A stretch of DNA of 58,955 bases, the filler included, from Sphacelaria rigidula (taxonomy: Eukaryota): NCBI GenBank assembly GCA_964200075.2. It is 9 parts of 9 records of this genome, joined end to end, with 100 filler letters (N's around TTAATTAATTAA, not from the genome) between each part and the next. Parts side by side here need not be neighbours in the genome. Positions count along the whole stretch, not along the records: positions 52,495 to 58,955 come from CAXNAA020019937.1; 8 more parts are not named here. One strand, 5' to 3'. Positions 52,666 to 58,955 of the stretch are shown here, piece by piece. Numbering within the stretch: position 1 is the stretch's first letter; the number at the start of each line of letters is the position of its first letter. The translations under genes and the position numbers were made by a program. The notes beneath the pieces were generated by a model. That model was not told the DNA's origin. It searched no databases and saw only the letters and a list, made by a program, of their open reading frames with translations.

Positions 52666-54816
52666 CTTGAGCTTTCCCCCTAGTCTTCTTGCTCTGGTGA
52701 CGTTCCGATTGAAGACTGCAAACGCGGCAATCCGCTCCTTCAGCTCCCCCTCGCGCTTGAGCTTGAGCTTCATCGCCATCAAGGACGTCTTGTTGCCCTC
52801 CATGACGTCCGCCTTGTCACGCGCGATCGATGCCTGGCCCGCTTCGAACTCCTTCCTGAGCTTCTGGCGTAGCACCTGATTGAATTTCATGCGGGCAACG
52901 TCGACGCATGAACGAAAATAAAGAGCACTGTTTTCACCACATATATACATACATATTATGTGTGTGAACATACACTTGTATATTTATTTAATTGTTTTAC
53001 TTCCTCGGGACCGTATTTTATTTTCCTGTCTCGTTCTTTTCCTCTCCTTCCCTTTCCTTCCTTCCCCTGCTTGATTATTTTTTGTTTTTTCCCTCTGTTT
53101 TGTTTTTGTCATGAAAAATTTCCTTCTTTTATCTCTGCTCACAGTACTCCGTTTGTTCCATATTTTTTCTCCCCCCCTCTCATTTATTCCTCAGCGAATT
53201 TTTCCGTTCTGCTTGCCTTGGGTACGTCTATCTTTTATGGATCATGACCTCGGGGATCGATTCATTTGCGGTAATCAATCAAACATGACGATCCACAACA
53301 CGTATTCCACATTATTGTACTCGTGTCTTTCCTCAGAAGAGAAAATATCCCCTATGATCTAAGCTTTGTATTATGTCATTCTCCAGACTACCTATACCGC
53401 GCGAACGAAACAGCAAAGAACGGATAATCTCACAGTAATTCACGATATTCTCGTAGTAGTACTGTACGTGGATAGACATGATGAAATCATGGAGGATGGA
53501 TAGGGAGTGAAGCCGAATTGACGAAAAGTGCAGGCTAACAGACCACAACAAACTGATGATCCTATCAGACATCATCTGAAGTTTTGTACGTCTAGCATCT
53601 GCTTGATCATGGCACAAAGGAGGAGAGTGTTCCGCCAACATCTACGTTGATTGACATTTTACGAAAAATGAGAGTAAAACCTGTAGTCTACATACCAAAC
53701 AATTTCAGCTGTTGTTATCGCTATTTTTCGACGTCGATCTTCGTCGTCGCCTTTTCCGGGTGTTGTATCATACCCTCTCTCGGGTATTCAAAGCTTCGCC
53801 GAACGTTGCTTTGTTTGAATCTTCATGTACGTCGATAGCATGCGCGCGATTTGCGCGCTAGCTGACTCACAAATAAACACTCTATCGCTTTCTCGTCTAG
53901 AAACCGAAAATGAGCAGCACAGCAGCACGACATCACGAATGTGTCCATGCCCCAGCTTCCCTGCTAACAGCGCAACGATGTGTATCAATATTGCCAGGAC
54001 GGTCAGACGCCGTAATACGCCTTACCTGTGAGGATCAGGCTCCATCAAAGGTTACGAGACGGTACTGAACTTTATTTTGGTGGGAACTCCGGATCATAGC
54101 TGTTCCGTAAACACCATGTACCACTTTGCAGACAAGTGGCGCCTACATCCAGATCAACGCCGCCTCAATATACTCGTCTGCCGGCTCGGTCTTCATCCCC
54201 CCCACCCCCATCCCCCCATCTCTCCTCCCCCTTACTTCGACTGTCGCATTACAACTGCAGCCAGGACCTAGCTTGGACGACTTCGGTCATCAAGCAGATA
54301 TATACAAGCTGTGTTACAATGTGAGCCCAATCTAGTCACAAGCAGCTGCATATCGATCCCCCCCGTCATACGTCTGACAAGAACAGAGCAGCAATCATGG
54401 CGAAGCCTTGACAACGCCGGACAGCGTTTTAGATAACAATCACTCCTGTGGTCGAGACGTTCCGACTTCGCGCCAGGAAATATGCCTCCCGTGCAGTTCT
54501 GAACGAGTCTATGGTTCGACAGGCGCCGTCAGTGTCTGGTCGGTATTCTGCAAGTATTGTCATGCTCCACAAGATGACTGCATGTATCACGGAGGGAAAT
54601 GCTTTCCCTGAACAGTGACAGACCTGCTCCGCGCAAGGATTGTCACTTTGCTGGGGGGGGAAGTAATGCGTATGGCGGAGCAGCACCATCGGTGTGTTGT
54701 AGCCTTACCTTGACTGGGAACCTTTGCTGAGAGCCGTGCATGACCGACGAGTTAACGTTGCCCCCTTTGAACGTCGCAACTCGATCAAGCTCCGCTTGGA
54801 CCTCCATCACTCTTGC
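52666..54816 (-). CDS. Two exons (54816-54709, 52875-52666) of an uncharacterised helical/coiled-coil protein
   Basis: CAG acceptors, GTAAGG/GTACTC donors, both phase 0; ARVMEVQAELDRVATFKGGNVNSSVMHGSQQRFPVK|VLRQKLRKEFEAGQASIARDKADVMEG...; GC3-rich codons. Confidence 0.7.
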
Positions 54817-54825
54817 CTGATAGTC

Positions 54826-54873
54826 ATTATCATCATCATCATCATCATCATTGTTGTTGTTGTTGTTGTTGTT
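54826..54873. repeat. Compound microsatellite (CAT)n(GTT)n
   Basis: Direct reading. Confidence 0.95.
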
Positions 54874-55154
54874 CTCTATTGGTGGTGGTAATGGTGCTCC
54901 TGCTGCACCACGGAATCCATTCACAACTTTTCGTAAGGTGAAGCTTTGAGCAAGGTGAAAGGTGAACCACCCGAAGATCCGGGGCGAATGGAGACAACTC
55001 ACAGGCAGTTTTTAAATTTCAACAATCCCTATTTTCCCATGCTCATTCATTTCAAAACAAGTAAAAGAAAGAAGTTGGGGAAAAAAAAGATGACTAAAAA
55101 AAAAAAGATAGAGCAACACAAAAAAATGATGACCGGAAGCGGTTAGTCGAGTAC

Positions 55155-55472
55155 GGCCGCGGCGGCCCGGTGGTCTAAATTGAAATAATATAAGTGATAC
55201 CACTATTAGGTCGGGACGAACGTGGGTTCGATACCCACAAGACACGTTTACTTGGATTTTTTTTCCGACGTTGAAAGCAAGAGGACCCGAGTAGCAAACA
55301 TATTTTTGGTAGAGTGTGTTCGACGAGAATCGACGCAGTGCGGGGAAGTGCTGAATCCAATCCGCAATCAATTCCACGATACCAGAAAGATGGATCGATC
55401 CCTACAGCAGTGACCACGGACTCGTCCCAGGGAAAAGAAAGGGACGTAAAGAGTGACCAAAGCAAAAGAAAA
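55155..55472 (+). mobile_element. tRNA-derived SINE, diverged copy
   Basis: GGGTTCGATACCC B box, CGACGCAGTGCGGGGAAGTGCTGA core, GACCACGGACTCGTCCC tail. Confidence 0.75.
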
Positions 55473-55956
55473 GAGTGCATGTTCTCTTCCGACATGCCAC
55501 CGTGCATATGGATACTTGTCGAGCATACCGATTGCCAGTGTGTCCTAATAATAAGCCGAACGACTTCAAGATGGTCATGTTCGTCATTCACGACCAACAG
55601 CTTGGAAGCGCGAGCTCCCGCGATCAAACGACAACACCCACAACGGCGAGTTTGGGCGAGTTTCGGGGGTTTTCGCAGGTTCGAGTCCCGACATATATAT
55701 ACGTCATGTTGTCCACACACAAAATTACGGTTTCCGCTGTAGAAACAAAACAAGGATATGAGCAGTAAAATAATCAAGATTTCGCTCAGCATTGACTTGC
55801 TGCGGGATTCTGATGGAATGGTAACCTTCGATAACATGTTTTTGTCTGACATGTACCGGGGATGGAAGGAGTTGACCCTCTCGAGACTACGGACTCGTCT
55901 TGAGGAGAGCGACGATGAAGAGTATGAATGATGTATTGATGTATTGATGGGTAGTA

Positions 55957-56006
<50 letters not shown>
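55957..56006. repeat. (GTA)n microsatellite
   Basis: Direct reading. Confidence 0.95.
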
Positions 56007-56097
56007 AAAAGAGGAGCGATGATTGTAATGATGATATCAAAAACAATAATAACTGCCTTTACATTAACAGTGAGGATAATAATCACATGAATCTTAA

Positions 56098-56235
56098 CCC
56101 TCTGGGAACTGCGGTGCTGATTAGTTTTTTGTGAATCTTTGCAAAGCGGCATCATTCTGACTTGAAAATGACTGAAAATGATGCCGACTCTCAAAGATTC
56201 ACAAAACGAAAATCAGCACCGCAGTTCCCAAAGTG
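56098..56235. mobile_element. 138-bp palindromic piggyBac-like MITE
   Basis: TTAA TSD on both sides (56094-56097, 56236-56239); arms CCCTCTGGGAACTGCGGTGCTGATT / AATCAGCACCGCAGTTCCCAAAGTG; palindromic almost to the centre. Confidence 0.88.
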
Positions 56236-58955
56236 TTAATCGTTATCATCCTGTAGTCATGATACTCATTATCATGGCCATCATAATAATCGCAACAATA
56301 ACAACCTTAACTGTGGTACGGTCGCGCGTACAACAAAATAAGCGATTTTCCACGGACTAACGGACTGCCTTTCCATAATTCATGCACGGTCTAAGACAGG
56401 ACGAACACCGCGCCTACACGCCCGCCGATAAACTGTCGACCAGACATCAGACGTGAACCTGTAAGTGGTGTTATTGTGCTTCGATATCGCTCCTTGCTTT
56501 CGCGGGTACCACGCGGCTGGATCTGTGCCTTGAGGTTCTTCTGGAGAAAAGGGCTGCAGGCCTCAGTACACAAGCGAATGCTGAAATAGCTGCTAGGGCC
56601 CCGACTTGTACGTAGATTCAAACCCGGATGATTTTCGATGCGAAAAAACCAAACAGACTGGTTGGAACCTGCCCAAAAAAAGATCGCGCCAGAGACAAGA
56701 TGCAAGTACTGTAAATTGTTAGATTCCAATAGTAGAATATACTCACGAAAAATCTTGTGTTGAAAAAGGCGAACACAACGCATGCCCCCGGAATGGATTT
56801 TCGAAACACAATGTAGCGCGTACCTGCGTGGTGGCAAGCCGCTGCGCTAGCACTGCCCTCTGCCCGATGTACCGTAGACGAGTCTCTTCGCACTCCTCGA
56901 TCTGTGATTTTGTTCACCGATGGATTGATCGGTTGATTGGTTTGTGTCACGCAGCATCTGATCCGATATGAATCCCGATGGTGGTCACAGAATTATAGGC
57001 GTGCTGAATGTACAGGAACATAAACACTCGCTGACACTTTCTACGATATCCCCCCCCCCAAAAAAAGAAAATGTCACCAAGACAGTGATCACATAGCGCC
57101 TGATGTTTGGTTTCAAGCTGCGTGAAGCGCCTCATATAGGCGATATTGGCGAAAACGAACCCAAGCGTGGGAATTCCCAGCTGCTCGTTGCGCTCGGCTT
57201 TTTTCATTTCGATATACGTGTACATTTTTCGTCCCCAAACCAGTGATTTGTTTCGGGGGAGGGGGGGGAAGGGCTATCGTAGAAAGTGTCTGCTGAAAAA
57301 AAAATTCAACCAGAGGGACAAAAGCAAAAATAATGGGGAAGAAGAGCGAAACAACTTGTATGTCGCAGAAACATATGGTTGGGGGTCGCAAATAGAATAT
57401 ATATATATATATATATAACGAGCAGGGATCGGGGTGAGTCAGGATTTACAACGCGGCGGGTGTTTTTAGGACCCCTTCCCCTCGCGATGAAAAGTAAGGG
57501 AAGCACTACAGAAGGGGAGGTGGAGCCCTAGAACGAAACCTATAATGGACGAAAACTCCTGCGTAAAACTTATTTCTCCTGTGTGCCCCCGGCTGATACG
57601 CCCACATATCGTCGAAACGTGCAGACTGGGGGTCAGATTAGATGGGATAGCAACACACGCAATACATTCCTCGCAGCCACAGTTTGAACCCGAAATGAGA
57701 GCGAAATCCTCGTACTTTTTCCCACCCGGCCTCAGCCTGAGGTGACACGCCGATTGTGTCTTGCGTAAGTTTGAATAGGTACGTATGGTACTCTACACGC
57801 AAGAGAGACAGGGTTAATTACAGCATATGCTATAGAGTTGACTTTTGATGCGGAAATTTTAGGAGAGAATTCTACATTCAGATAATGTTTGCAGATTTCA
57901 CACATTTTTACTTTCAAAACGTCGCTGCTACTTAGCAGCTAAGTATTCGGATCGCTTGGAAATCTCGACATTTTATACGAATCACCGAACGATAGGGGTG
58001 GAGCTATGCGCAGGGCCATTTCGCACAACAGCTGGACAAGGATAACGCTTCAGTCCAGTATCACCTGAAAATCCAAACCCTTCTGACCAAGTATATGGTG
58101 CTACGAGTGGTAGAATAATGTGGGAGAAGACAAAGTAGCGCGCGTTCTTTAATTCACCCCGTAAAACGGGTCGGCATGCCCCATCCTATTATGGCGACTC
58201 GTCGTGTCCTATAAGGTCGATCCGAGGTGTTCGAAAAAGCTTCGGTTGCTTCACACGGCGCTCAAGAAAATCTAAAACGACACGGCGAGAAAAGAAAGAC
58301 ATCTATGCCGCCTGAGGATACACGGCACGTGCGAGGCCGTCGTCAACAAAAGGAAAACACCACATATATATATGTTCGCTGAAGCAACTAACTCAGCACG
58401 CCTGATTTGATTGATGGGCTGATTGATTGATAAACGGATGGATGGATGAATAAAAGGTCTCGCATTTACTTAAGCCATGGAATCGACGACGCAAATCATT
58501 CGTTTTTGTCGAGGAATTGGCGAAAATGACGGGGATCTGCTCATTTGTTTTCGACAAAAAAACATGGATCCATAACCTCGACTTGTCTTTTCGGGTGAGG
58601 TGTCAGAACATAATACGCGGACCGCCGGTCCCGCTTATTCACAGCAGGCAGAACGAACCACAACATCGCCACATATACAAGTATCGCATCGAAACACGTG
58701 CACGAAAGTACTGTATAATGAATGGTTCGCTTTGGCGTTAAGATAGATTTTACAGTAGAAACACGGGCGGGTGATGCTACGGTAGGGGTGCACAAATATT
58801 TTCTGAGGTTAGAATTGTTAGGAGCCTTTGATCCCATCCAAAACACGGCTTATGGAAATATGTGAGAGTACGCCAGGATTACTATTCCAATGTGCTGGGA
58901 ATATCCCGACTGAATTTGCAAACGGGGATGCCCTGACCCATATTCTTGTGCATCT

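Noticed and set aside
55175..56194. 339-aa ORF
   Set aside because: Spans a MITE, a (GTA)n microsatellite and a SINE; no recognisable protein
1..58955. Multi-gene system linking RT, repeats, tRNA and EsV-1-7 (retron/DGR-like)
   Set aside because: Components lie on different, artificially joined contigs, and both RTs are degenerate copia/LINE types

Overview
This is not a contiguous locus. Nine equal-length contigs (6462/6461 bp) are joined by artificial N44-TTAATTAATTAA-N44 linkers, so adjacency across linkers has no biological meaning. The sequence is eukaryotic and repeat-rich, most likely a brown alga (Phaeophyceae); this is inferred from an EsV-1-7 repeat gene and short GC3-rich exons in long TE-filled introns. 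Host genes seen: an EsV-1-7 (C-X4-C-X16-C-X2-H) repeat protein; three in-frame exons of MON2; a hand-spliced 4-exon signal peptide + coiled-coil + transmembrane protein not visible in the ORF track; two exons of an unknown helical protein; and an intact tRNA-Glu(UUC). Mobile DNA seen: a degenerate Ty1/copia pol; a degenerate LINE family whose copies end in poly(C); a tRNA-derived SINE family; and many MITEs. The MITEs include hAT-type elements with 8-bp TSDs (some nested), piggyBac-type TTAA elements, TA-flanked elements carrying an internal tRNA-like cassette, and long foldback palindromes. No CRISPR, rRNA or prokaryotic system is supported, and I cannot support a complete new multi-gene system. 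The most interesting candidates are the cryptic membrane protein, the tRNA-carrying TIR elements, the poly(C)-ended LINEs and the shared SINE/retroposon 3' motif.
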